DNA of 64,000 nt from Balanoglossus misakiensis (Eukaryota > Animalia > Hemichordata): assembly GCA_040954595.2 (NCBI GenBank), contig CM082595.2, positions 2,403,943-2,467,942 on the forward strand, read 5' to 3'. The stretch's first letter is position 1. Every line of letters begins with the position of its first letter. Below, piece after piece: positions 1 to 12,039 of the stretch. A program made the translations under genes and the position numbers. The notes beneath the pieces are model-generated. The model did not search any database. It was not told the origin of the DNA and worked only from the letters and a program-made list of their open reading frames with translations.

Positions 1-1584
1 GAAAAATAAAAAAGTCGGAAAATTGTGATTTTTTGATGATTTTCATGGGCTATAACCCATGATTTTTGTGAAAAATGGCCAAATTTTGAAAAATAAAAAA
101 GTCGGAAAATTGTGATTTTTTGATGAAAATCATGGGCTATAACCCATGATTTTTGTGAAAAATGGCCAAATTTTGAAAATTAAAAAAGTCGGAAAATTTT
201 GATTTTTTGATGATTTTCATGGGCTATAACCCATGATTTTTGTGAAAAATGGCCAAATTTTGAAAATTAAAAAAGTCGGGAAAATTGTGATTTTTTGATG
301 AAAATCATGGGCTATAACCCATGATTTTTGTGAAAAATGGCCAAATTTTGAAAATTAAAAAAGTCGGAAAATTGTGATTTTTTGATGAAAATCATGGGCT
401 ATAACCCATGATTTTTGTGAAAAATGGCCAAATTTTGAAAATTAAAAAAGTCGGAAAATTGTGATTTTTTGATGAAAATCATGGGCTATAACCCATGATT
501 TTTGTGAAAAATGGCCAAATTTTGAAAATTAAAAAAGTCGGAAAATTGTGATTTTTTGATGAAAATCATGGGCTATAACCCATGATTTTTGTGAAAAATG
601 GCCAAATTTTGAAAATTAAAAAAGTCGGAAAATTGTGATTTTTTGATGAAAATCATGGGCTATAACCCATGATTTTTGTGAAAAATGGCCAAATTTGAAA
701 ATTAAAAAAGTCGGAAAATTGTGATTTTTTGATGAAAATCATGGGCTATAACCCATGATTTTTGTGAAAAATGGCCAAATTTTGAAAATTAAAAAAGTCG
801 GAAAATTGTGATTTTTTGATGAAAATCATGGGCTATAACCCATGATTTTTGTGAAAAATGGCCAAATTTTGAAAATTAAAAAAGTCGGGAAAATTGTGAT
901 TTTTTGATGAAAATCATGGGCTATAACCCATGATTTTTGTGAAAAATGGCCAAATTTTGAAAATTAAAAAAGTCGGAAAATTGTGATTTTTTGATGAAAA
1001 TCATGGGCTATAACCCATGATTTTTGTGAAAAATGGCCAAATTTTGAAAATTAAAAAAGTCGGAAAATTGTGATTTTTTGATGAAAATCATGGGCTATAA
1101 CCCATGATTTTTGTGAAAAATGGCCAAATTTTGAAAATTAAAAAAGTCGGAAAATTGTGATTTTTTGATGAAAATCATGGGCTATAACCCATGATTTTTG
1201 TGAAAAATGGCCAAATTTTGAAAATTAAAAAAGTCGGAAAATTGTGATTTTTTGATGAAAATCATGGGCTATAACCCATGATTTTTGTGAAAAATGGCCA
1301 AATTTTGAAAATTAAAAAAAGTCGGAAAATTGTGATTTTTTGATGAAAATCATGGGCTATAACCCATGATTTTTGTGAAAAATGGCCAAATTTTGAAAAT
1401 TAAAAAAGTCGGAAAATTGTGATTTTTTGATGAAAATCATGGGCTATAACCCATGATTTTTGTGAAAAATGGCCAAATTTTGAAAATTAAAAAAGTCGGA
1501 AAATTGTGATTTTTTGATGAAAATCATGGGCTATAACCCATGATTTTTGTGAAAAATGGCCAAATTTTGAAAATTAAAAAAGTC
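1..1584 (+). repeat. Satellite sub-array A, 87-bp monomer, ~18 copies, runs off the left edge of the window
   Basis: GTCGG recurs at 101, 188, 275, 363, 450 (period 87, occasionally +/-1). Consensus GTCGGAAAATTGTGATTTTTTGATGAAAATCATGGGCTATAACCCATGATTTTTGTGAAAAATGGCCAAATTTTGAAAATTAAAAAA. Confidence 0.97.
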
Positions 1585-4500
1585 GACTTTGCGTATTTTC
1601 GAAATTTGGTGATTTTTGGAGAAAAACCATGGGTTATAGCTCATGAAAATCACCCAGAAATGACAATTTTTGGACTTTGCGTATTTTCTAAATTTGGTGA
1701 TTTTTCGAGAAAAACCATGGGTTATAGCTCATGAAAATCACCCAGAAATGACAATTTTTGGACTTTGCGGATTTTCGAAATTTGGTGATTTTTCGAGAAA
1801 AAACCATGGGTTATAGCTCATGAAAATCACCCAGAAATGACAATTTTTCGACTTTGCGGATTTTCGAAATTTGGTGATTTTTCGAGAAAAACCATGGGTT
1901 ATAGCTCATGAAAATCACCCAGAAATGACAATTTTTCGACTTTGCGGATTTTCGAAATTTGGTGATTTTTCGAGAAAAACCATGGGTTATAGCTCATGAA
2001 AATCACCCAGAAATGACAATTTTTCGACTTTGCGGATTTTCGAAATTTGGTGATTTTTCGAGAAAAACCATGGGTTATAGCTCATGAAAATCACCCAGAA
2101 ATGACAATTTTTCGACTTTGCGGATTTTCGAAATTTGATGATTTTTCGAGAAAAACCATGGGTTATAGCTCATGAAAATCACCCAGAAATGACAATTTTT
2201 GGACTTTGCGGATTTTCGAAATTTGGTGATTTTTCGAGAAAAACCATGGGTTATAGCTCATGAAAATCACCCAGAAATGACAATTTTTCGACTTTGCGTA
2301 TTTTCGAAATTTGGTGATTTTTGGAGAAAAACCATGGGTATAGCTCATGAAAATCACCCAGAAATGACAATTTTTGGACTTTGCGGATTTTCGAAATTTG
2401 GTGATTTTTCGAGAAAAACCATGGGTTATAGCTCATGAAAATCACCCAGAAATGACAATTTTTCGACTTTGCGGATTTTCGAAATTTGGTGATTTTTCGA
2501 GAAAAACCATGGGTTATAGCTCATGAAAATCACCCAGAAATGACAATTTTTCGACTTTGCGGATTTTCGAAATTTGGTGATTTTTCGAGAAAAACCATGG
2601 GTTATAGCTCATGAAAATCACCCAGAAATGACAATTTTTCGACTTTGCGGATTTTCGAAATTTGGTGATTTTTCGAGAAAAACCATGGGTTATAGCTCAT
2701 GAAAATCACCCAGAAATGACAATTTTTCGACTTTGCGGATTTTCGAAATTTGGTGATTTTTCGAGAAAAACCATGGGTTATATTAGCTCATGAAAATCAC
2801 CCAGAAATGACAATTTTTCGACTTTGCGGATTTTCGAAATTTGGTGATTTTTCGAGAAAAACCATGGGTTATAGCTCATGAAAATCACCCAGAAATGACA
2901 ATTTTTCGACTTTGCGGATTTTCGAAATTTGGTGATTTTTCGAGAAAAACCATGGGTTATAGCTCATGAAAATCACCCAGAAATGACAATTTTTCGACTT
3001 TGCGGATTTTTGAAATTTGGTGATTTTTCGAGAAAAACCATGGGTTATAGCTCATGAAAATCACCCAGAAATGACAATTTTTCGACTTTGCGGATTTTCG
3101 AAATTTGGTGATTTTTCGAGAAAAACCATGGGTTATAGCTCATGAAAATCACCCAGAAATGACAATTTTTCGACTTTGCGGATTTTCGAAATTTGGTGAT
3201 TTTTCGAGAAAAACCATGGGTTATAGCTCATGAAAATCACCCAGAAATGACAATTTTTCGACTTTGCGGATTTTCGAAATTTGGTGATTTTTCGAGAAAA
3301 ACCATGGGTTATAGCTCATGAAAATCACCCAGAAATGACAATTTTTCGACTTTGCGGATTTTCGAAATTTGGTGATTTTTCGAGAAAAACCATGGGTTAT
3401 AGCTCATGAAAATCACCCAGAAATGACAATTTTTCGACTTTGCGGATTTTCTGAAATTTGGTGATTTTTCGAGAAAAACCATGGGTTATAGCTCATGAAA
3501 ATCACCCAGAAATGACAATTTTTCGACTTTGCGGATTTTCGAAATTTGGTGATTTTTCGAGAAAAACCATGGGTTATAGCTCATGAAAATCACCCAGAAA
3601 TGACAATTTTTCGACTTTGCGGATTTTCGAAATTTGGTGATTTTTCGAGAAAAACCATGGGTTATAGCTCATGAAAATCACCCAGAAATGACAATTTTTC
3701 GACTTTGCGGATTTTCGAAATTTGGTGATTTTTCGAGAAAAACCATGGGTTATAGCTCATGAAAATCACCCAGAAATGACAATTTTTCGACTTTGCGGAT
3801 TTTCGAAATTTGGTGATTTTTCGAGAAAAACCATGGGTTATAGCTCATGAAAATCACCCAGAAATGACAATTTTTCGACTTTGCGGATTTTTGAAATTTG
3901 GTGATTTTTCGAGAAAAACCATGGGTTATAGCTCATGAAAATCACCCAGAAATGACAATTTTTCGACTTTGCGGATTTTCGAAATTTGGTGATTTTTCGA
4001 GAAAAACCATGGGTTATAGCTCATGAAAATCACCCAGAAATGACAATTTTTCGACTTTGCGGATTTTCGAAATTTGGTGATTTTTCGAGAAAAACCATGG
4101 GTTATAGCTCATGAAAATCACCCAGAAATGACAATTTTTCGACTTTGCGGATTTTCGAAATTTGGTGATTTTTCGAGAAAAACCATGGGTTATAGCTCAT
4201 GAAAATCACCCAGAAATGACAATTTTTCGACTTTGCGGATTTTCGAAATTTGGTGATTTTTCGAGAAAAACCATGGGTTATAGCTCATGAAAATCACCCA
4301 GAAATGACAATTTTTCGACTTTGCGGATTTTCGAAATTTGGTGATTTTTCGAGAAAAACCATGGGTTATAGCTCATGAAAATCACCCAGAAATGACAATT
4401 TTTCGACTTTGCGGATTTTCGAAATTTGGTGATTTTTCGAGAAAAACCATGGGTTATAGCTCATGAAAATCACCCAGAAATGACAATTTTTCGACTTTGC

Positions 4501-7500
4501 GGATTTTCGAAATTTGGTGATTTTTCGAGAAAAACCATGGGTTATAGCTCATGAAAATCACCCAGAAATGACAATTTTTCGACTTTGCGGATTTTCGAAA
4601 TTTGGTGATTTTTCGAGAAAAACCATGGGTTATAGCTCATGAAAATCACCCAGAAATGACAATTTTTCGACTTTGCGGATTTTCGAAATTTGGTGATTTT
4701 TCGAGAAAAACCATGGGTTATACTTCATGAAAATCACCCAGAAATGACAATTTTTCGACTTTGCGGATTTTCGAAATTTGGTGATTTTTCGAGAAAAACC
4801 ATGGGTTATAGCTCATGAAAATCACCCAGAAATGACAATTTTTCGACTTTGCGGATTTTCGAAATTTGGTGATTTTTCGAGAAAAACCATGGGTTATAGC
4901 TCATGAAAATCACCCAGAAATGACAATTTTTCGACTTTGCGGATTTTCGAAATTTTGTGATTTTTCGAGAAAAACCATGGGTTATAGCTCATGAAAATCA
5001 CCCAGAAATGACAATTTTTCGACTTTGCGGATTTTCGAAATTTGGTGATTTTTGGAGAAAAACCATGGGTTATAGCTCATGAAAATCACCCAGAAATGAC
5101 AATTTTTCGACTTTGCGGATTTTCGAAATTTGGTGATTTTTCGAGAAAAACCATGGGTTATAGCTCATGAAAATCACCCAGAAATGACAATTTTTCGACT
5201 TTGCGGATTTTCGAAATTTGGTGATTTTTCGAGAAAAACCATGGGTTATAGCTCATGAAAATCACCCAGAAATGACAATTTTTCGACTTTGCGGATTTTC
5301 GAAATTTGGTGATTTTTCGAGAAAAACCATGGGTTATAGCTCATGAAAATCACCCAGAAATGACAATTTTTCGACTTTGCGGATTTTCGAAATTTGGTGA
5401 TTTTTCGAGAAAAACCATGGGTTATAGCTCATGAAAATCACCCAGAAATGACAATTTTTCGACTTTGCGGATTTTCCAAATTTGGTGATTTTTCGAGAAA
5501 AACCATGGGTTATAGCTCATGAAAATCACCCAGAAATGACAATTTTTCGACTTTGCGGATTTTTGAAATTTGGTGATTTTTCGAGAAAAACCATGGGTTA
5601 TAGCTCATGAAAATCACCCAGAAATGACAATTTTTCGACTTTGCGGATTTTCGAAATTTGGTGATTTTTCGAGAAAAACCATGGGTTATAGCTCATGAAA
5701 ATCACCCAGAAATGACAATTTTTCGACTTTGCGGATTTTCGAAATTTGGTGATTTTTCGAGAAAAACCATGGGTTATAGCTCATGAAAATCACCCAGAAA
5801 TGACAATTTTTCGACTTTGCGGATTTTCGAAATTTGGTGATTTTTCGAGAAAAACCATGGGTTATAGCTCATGAAAATCACCCAGAAATGACAATTTTTC
5901 GACTTTGCGGATTTTCGAAATTTGGTGATTTTTCGAGAAAAACCATGGGTTATAGCTCATGAAAATCACCCAGAAATGACAATTTTTCGACTTTGCGGAT
6001 TTTCGAAATTTGGTGATTTTTCGAGAAAAACCATGGGTTATAGCTCATGAAAATCACCCAGAAATGACAATTTTTCGACTTTGCGGATTTTCGAAATTTG
6101 GTGATTTTTCGAGAAAAACCATGGGTTATAGCTCATGAAAATCACCCAGAAATGACAATTTTTCGACTTTGCGGATTTTCGAAATTTGGTGATTTTTCGA
6201 GAAAAACCATGGGTTATACTTCATGAAAATCACCCAGAAATGACAATTTTTCGACTTTGCGGATTTTCGAAATTTGGTGATTTTTCGAGAAAAACCATGG
6301 GTTATAGCTCATGAAAATCACCCAGAAATGACAATTTTTCGACTTTGCGGATTTTCGAAATTTGGTGATTTTTCAAGAAAAACCATGGGTTATAGCTCAT
6401 GAAAATCACCCAGAAATGACAATTTTTCGACTTTGCGGATTTTCGAAATTTGGTGATTTTTCGAGAAAAACCATGGGTTATAGCTCATGAAAATCACCCA
6501 GAAATGACAATTTTTCGACTTTGCGTATTTTCGAAATTTGGTGATTTTTGGAGAAAAACCATGGGTTATAGCTCATGAAAATCACCCAGAAATGACAATT
6601 TTTCGACTTTGCGGATTTTCGAAATTTGGTGATTTTTCGAGAAAAACCATGGGTTATAGCTCATGAAAATCACCCAGAAATGACAATTTTTCGACTTTGC
6701 GTATTTTCGAAATTTGGTGATTTTTCGAGAAAAACCATGGGTTATAGCTCATGAAAATCACCCAGAAATGACAATTTTTGGACTTTGCGGATTTTCGAAA
6801 TTTGGTGATTTTTCGAGAAAAACCATGGGTTATAGCTCATGGAAATCACCCAGAAATGACAATTTTTCGACTTTGCGGATTTTCGAAATTTGGTGATTTT
6901 TCAAGAAAAACCATGGGTTATAGCTCATGAAAATCACCCAGAAATGACAATTTTTGGACTTTGCGGATTTTCGAAATTTGGTGATTTTTCGAGAAAAACC
7001 ATGGGTTATAGCTCATGAAAATCACCCAGAAATGACAATTTTTGGACTTTGCGGATTTTCGAAATTTGGAGATTTTTCGAGAAAAACCGTGGGTTATAGC
7101 TCATGAAAATCACCCAGAAATGACAATTTTTGGACTTTGCGGATTTTCGAAATTTGGTGATTTTTCGAGAAAAACCATGGGTTATAGCTCATGAAAATCA
7201 CCCAGAAATGACAATTTTTGGACTTTGCGGATTTTCGAAATTTGGTGATTTTTCGAGAAAAACCATGGGTTATAGCTCATGAAAATCACCCAGAAATGAC
7301 AATTTTTGGACTTTGCGGATTTTCGAAATTTGGTGATTTTTCGAGAAAAACCATGGGTTATAGCTCATGAAAATCACCCAGAAATGACAATTTTTCGACT
7401 TTGCGGATTTTCGAAATTTGGTGATTTTTCGAGAAAAACCATGGGTTATAGCTCATGAAAATCACCCAGAAATGACAATTTTTCGACTTTGCGGATTTTC

Positions 7501-8188
7501 GAAATTTGGTGATTTTTCGAGAAAAACCATGGGTTATAGCTCATGAAAATCACCCAGAAATGACAATTTTTCGACTTTGCGGATTTTCGAAATTTGGTGA
7601 TTTTTCGAGAAAAACCATGGGTTATAGCTCATGAAAATCACCCAGAAATGACAATTTTTCGACTTTGCGGATTTTCGAAATTTGGTGATTTTTCGAGAAA
7701 AACCATGGGTTATAGCTCATGAAAATCACCCAGAAATGACAATTTTTCGACTTTGCGGATTTTCGAAATTTGGTGATTTTTCGAGAAAAACCATGGGTTA
7801 TAGCTCATGAAAATCACCCAGAAATGACAATTTTTCGACTTTGCGGATTTTCGAAATTTGGTGATTTTTCGAGAAAAACCATGGGTTATAGCTCATGAAA
7901 ATCATCCAGAAATGACAATTTTTCGACTTTGCGCATTTTCAAAATTTGGTCATTTTTTGAAAAAAACCATGGGTTATAGCTCATGAAAATCATCCCGAAA
8001 TGACAATTTTTCGATTTTGCGGATTTACGAAATTTGGTGATTTTTCGAGAAAAACCATGGGTTATAGCTCATGAAAATCACCCAGAAATGACAATTTTTC
8101 GACTTTGCGAATTTTCAAAATTTGGTCATTTTTTTGAAAAAACCATGGGTTATAGCTCATGAAAATCATCCCGAAATGACAATTTTTC
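1585..8188 (-). repeat. Satellite sub-array B, 88-bp monomer, ~75 copies, inverted homolog of A
   Basis: Period 88 (identical line phase at 3961 and 5281, 15 x 88 apart). Consensus GACTTTGCGGATTTTCGAAATTTGGTGATTTTTCGAGAAAAACCATGGGTTATAGCTCATGAAAATCACCCAGAAATGACAATTTTTC. Its reverse complement aligns to A with about 19 differences in 88 columns (~78%, hand alignment). Confidence 0.97.
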
Positions 8189-8328
8189 AAAAATCGACAA
8201 AATTGTGTGATTTCGCAAAGTCGAAATGTGGTCATTTGTTCATGATTTCCATGAGCTATAACCCATGATTTTTTTCAAAAATTGACAAAATTTTGAGATT
8301 GCGCAAAGTCGAAAAATTGTCATTTTTT
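8189..8328 (+). repeat. Diverged satellite copies (C), ~1.6 monomers, back in A orientation
   Basis: Contains CGCAAAGTCGAAA twice and CATGAGCTATAACCCATGATTTTT, which are reverse-complement B / A-sense motifs with many substitutions. Confidence 0.85.
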
Positions 8329-8564
8329 AGTTACAAAGCAATTGCGCTAATGCATACATCAACAAAGACAAAAAGATACTGTACGTACACGTGAGGTTAA
8401 CATATTTTATTGACTTGAATAATAAAATATAAAGTATAACTTGTTACAAGCGACAACAAAAATTGTAATTAGTACACGTCAGTGAATTATTGAACTCTTA
8501 TAAACTTAAAATCTTTCGGAAACTTTCTTGTAACCAAGACACGGGTTGTCATGCAGAAATTTTC

Positions 8565-8631
8565 AAATCTATAATTATAAGAAAAATCTATAATTATAAC
8601 CAAATCTACAACCAAATCGCAAAATCTATAA
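8565..8631 (+). repeat. Cluster of short AAATCTA(T/C)AA direct repeats just beyond the satellite end
   Basis: AAATCTATAATTATAA at 8565 and 8584, AAATCTACAA at 8602, AAATCTATAA at 8622. Confidence 0.7.
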
Positions 8632-9831
8632 CTGCAACGGCTATATGGACTTTGATAATCGTGTCAATTTTCTTATTCTGTGATGGTATATTATTATATG
8701 CAATAAACCTATACAGATGCTTATATTTTTTCTTTCACTCTCTTGGTACCAGTTTTATTTATTCTCTTATGTAGAAGGACTGACCGCTGAAATATTGAAG
8801 AAAAAGCAATTCAAATAAAGTTATGCAGCCATTGTCATCTACTAAGTTTGCCTGCGAAACATAATCCGGCATTTAATGAATAATTCGTGAAACATGTTAA
8901 GTATTTATAAAATTTGGATGAAACATGTCATTCCCCGCTAGACGACTCTCATATAAAATATTAACTATATCGGAGATACATTAAACCGGTTAAAGCTATA
9001 CTCGCTACTGCAGTAACAACTGTGTTTCAGACGGACCTGGAAAAAAAACTCGTGCTCGGGACACGTGACCAAAACCCACTTATGCTCAGCCATTTTTTTG
9101 GAGATCAAAAACATTGTCATATTTCGACACACATTGTTAATTAGCGGCCGTGAAACAGGTACATGACAATATCGTTCATTACCTGAAGAAAGTCGTTCGG
9201 TATCGCCGAGCCGAATGCTTTGAAATCTCGCATTTCTAAACGTCACTAATGACACTTACATAGCATGGGTGAACTTGTATTTTCATGATTGACTAGTCTT
9301 CTAATTTCATAAAATGGTTTCGCACATTTCAAAATCACTCGAGAGAGCCCCTAAAATTATGCTAACTCCCAACAGGTCCCCCAAGGCTAAGCTACTGGTA
9401 ACAATTATACAGAAATTGATACAGAAATGGTTTGAGAAAATATGCAAATATTCTCCTTGGAAAATGGCATAATTTGAAAGACAGTACAAAATAGGGACAC
9501 TGATGATTTCTCGATGAAAATTTGCTCTGGACGAAAGTGTACACCAAAGATTTGTGATTTCGAATGCAATTAAGATTAAATGGTTTTTAATATAATCACC
9601 ATAGATCAGTTCACTTGATTAAGATTTGCTTCCTGGTCAATCACACAAACAGGCCCTATTATTAGTTTAACAATGCAGCAATAACCAATAGTCGCGTAAA
9701 GCTGAACTTTCACGTCATCTGTTCAACTAATTTTTATATGAAATAGTTTAATGTAAATGAATGGTGGGTTCATGTTATACGGGGAACATCTTAAATTCCA
9801 ATAATAAAATGACGTAAACAACTTAACAGAA

Positions 9832-11686
9832 TCATTGTTGATCGTTCTTGATACTTCCAACGTCGATGTAAGCGATGTCTATCGTGTATCCAGCCTGAAG
9901 AATTAATTTAGTCGTTGGTACACAAAATCTGGCCATAATAACCTGAAAAACAGTATAACATATTTTGCGTATATTAATACTTTATTAGATGGGTGAAGTC
10001 AGCGGTCACCAGTAGAAATTGTGGTCGAATTTTTATACGATAGATTTCTAAAATAGAAATCCGCCCATTTGTACGAGGGCTTCACAGCACAAACTTACTT
10101 TCTGGTCAGTGTCCAGAATCCTTATCTGCCACAAGTTTTCTGCAGTGATGGAGACTCCAGCCATCTCTCTGATGATGTAGCAGTCGTCTGAGATGACCAG
10201 TACCTCGTATTCGAACGGATTAAAGAGACCCGGATGCTGGCTGTCGAAGTCCCATTCTGCTTGGGTCAGACCATCGGGGATTGTTAGAAATGGCACATAC
10301 GTAATCGCTATAGAGGTGGTGTTAGCATCTTCGCCAGTTTTACCTGTGTTCAGGGCGACCTGGACTGGTGCCTGCAAAAATACATTGATATTAGCATGTA
10401 ACACTGGAATAACTGGAATGCCTAGTAAGTACGTGTTGACATACCACTTTTTTGGTTTTCCTCTCAAGAAATAAGTTTACACTTGTTAACATTAATTACG
10501 CTCTTTTGCTTCATGAAAAAAACTACAAAATCTCTCATTTATGTCTAATTAAATAGTAAAATCGATTCGTTAATGTTATTACCATTTTTGAAGCCCTTTC
10601 CTTTTTACATTGAAATCATTAAATGTTTTTTTTCCCCTTTAAAGGCATTCTCGGCCACTAACAATGAACTTTCCATTTACCATTGGTTTGATCTTGGGTG
10701 GTTTTATGTCCAAATTCTGGAAGTTGGGAACTGGAAATTTTTCGCTGCTCTGCTTGAGAAACGCGTCGTGTTCCTTCCAGGATAGTGCGTGTGCGCTTCC
10801 TTCGTCTACGGGGCTCTTGATGGAGAGGGCGCTGCCAACGGCATACGGGTCATCCCCGACGGCGTTCGCGTTAAGTTTGGACTCGTCGCCACTGGAAGGT
10901 TCCGAGGAGCCGTCGATTTCGGCCAGCAGAGCCCGAAAGTAGTCGTTGTCTAGAACAGAGATAGCCGGCAGATGCTGTTTGTCTATGCTAGGAGGTGGAG
11001 GCAGCTTGCCCGCAGATGGGAACTCGCCCGATCCTTGATTTGGAAGAAGCCTAGCAGGTGGCGCGGCGTCTATCCCGCCTATTGGCGGTAAATTTGGTCT
11101 ATAGCCCTGGAAAGAATACAAAATACACCAGTGAATCAGTTGAACGCCACTTATTTCGATCCTCTACAAATAATATCTCGGGCGAACCTCTTGAATTGCT
11201 TTCGACGACAAGGCGATAATTTCCTCATCAGCTTCACTTATGACGCAAACGCCCAACAATGAAACCTATCTCAGAGCTTTGCATAACCATCTACCTGAAC
11301 TATATTTGTCATGCACTTTCACTGACTTTGTAAGCGAAGTCTGCGCTCAGAAATATCGGATTATAGTTTAATGCGATAGTAAAGTGACATAATTTTGAGA
11401 CAGATCATTCAGGAGTCACGCGGAGCTGTGTGTGTGTCCAGTCTAACGAGATCTGCATTCTCTGAACAATGGAAATGTAAAGAACTGTTTACGTTACCTC
11501 TTCGCCATGGCGGTGTGGTGGTTTTCCTTCCCCCGGACGAGGCAGAAATTTCGGTGGCGGTAGTTTGGGTGGGTTGGGGGCGCCCATTGCAGACGGCGGC
11601 AACAGTTCCCCCATGGGCACGGGAAAAGCGTGCGAACAGACACATATCCAGGAGAGGAACAACCCCGTCAATTTCGGACAAGTCAT
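9832..11686 (-). CDS. Uncharacterised predicted secreted protein, ~332 aa, 4 coding exons (11686-11498, 11106-10681, 10371-10099, 9942-9832)
   Basis: All three introns are GT-AG, phase 0, with pyrimidine-rich acceptors (GAG|gtaacg..ttccag|GGC; ATG|gtaaat..tttgcag|GCA; AAA|gtaagt..ttttcag|GTT). Every exon length is a multiple of 3 and the join is open from ATG to TGA. N-terminus MTCPKLTGLFLSWICVCSHAFP is signal-peptide-like, followed by a Pro-rich tract and a ~125-aa non-repetitive C-terminal region. Confidence 0.75.
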
Positions 11687-12039
11687 CTTCTGTAGGCTGC
11701 ACTGGAATTAAAAGAGAGCATATGTCAGACTTTCCAAAATCGTCTAGAGGATTATCCTCTCCATCGAGTATATTTGTCGCGAATTTCTAGCAAAACCAAG
11801 GAAGACAAATCAGGTTTTCTTGGAAGACGCAGTGACGTGACGTCACAGCTAAAATAGCCGGGTAATTTCCGCAAAAGTAATTGCACATATTTAAAAGGCC
11901 AAATGCACCGCACGGGTCTCGAATGTACAATTGGTAACGTATCCATGGAGTTTGAAATCGCAAGTTGTTCGTTTGGTTTTGAGTGTGCAGAATCAAACAG
12001 AATTATCAGTTTATATTGCTGACAAAATAAAATGTCAAC

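Noticed and set aside
1540-6896. Short ORFs inside the satellite (1540, 2163, 2199, 2251, 6714)
   Set aside because: They arise from translating an 88-bp unit (not a multiple of 3) and depend on single variant bases; no coding signal.
1-8188. CRISPR-like array (regular palindromic repeats)
   Set aside because: Units are contiguous and near-identical with no unique spacers, there are no cas genes, and the context is an intron-rich eukaryotic genome.
11409-11702. 97-aa minus-strand ORF as the first exon of the orphan gene
   Set aside because: In this frame the donor is phase 1 and joining to 11106 gives an immediate TAG. The overlapping 11686 frame splices in phase and has a signal-like leader.
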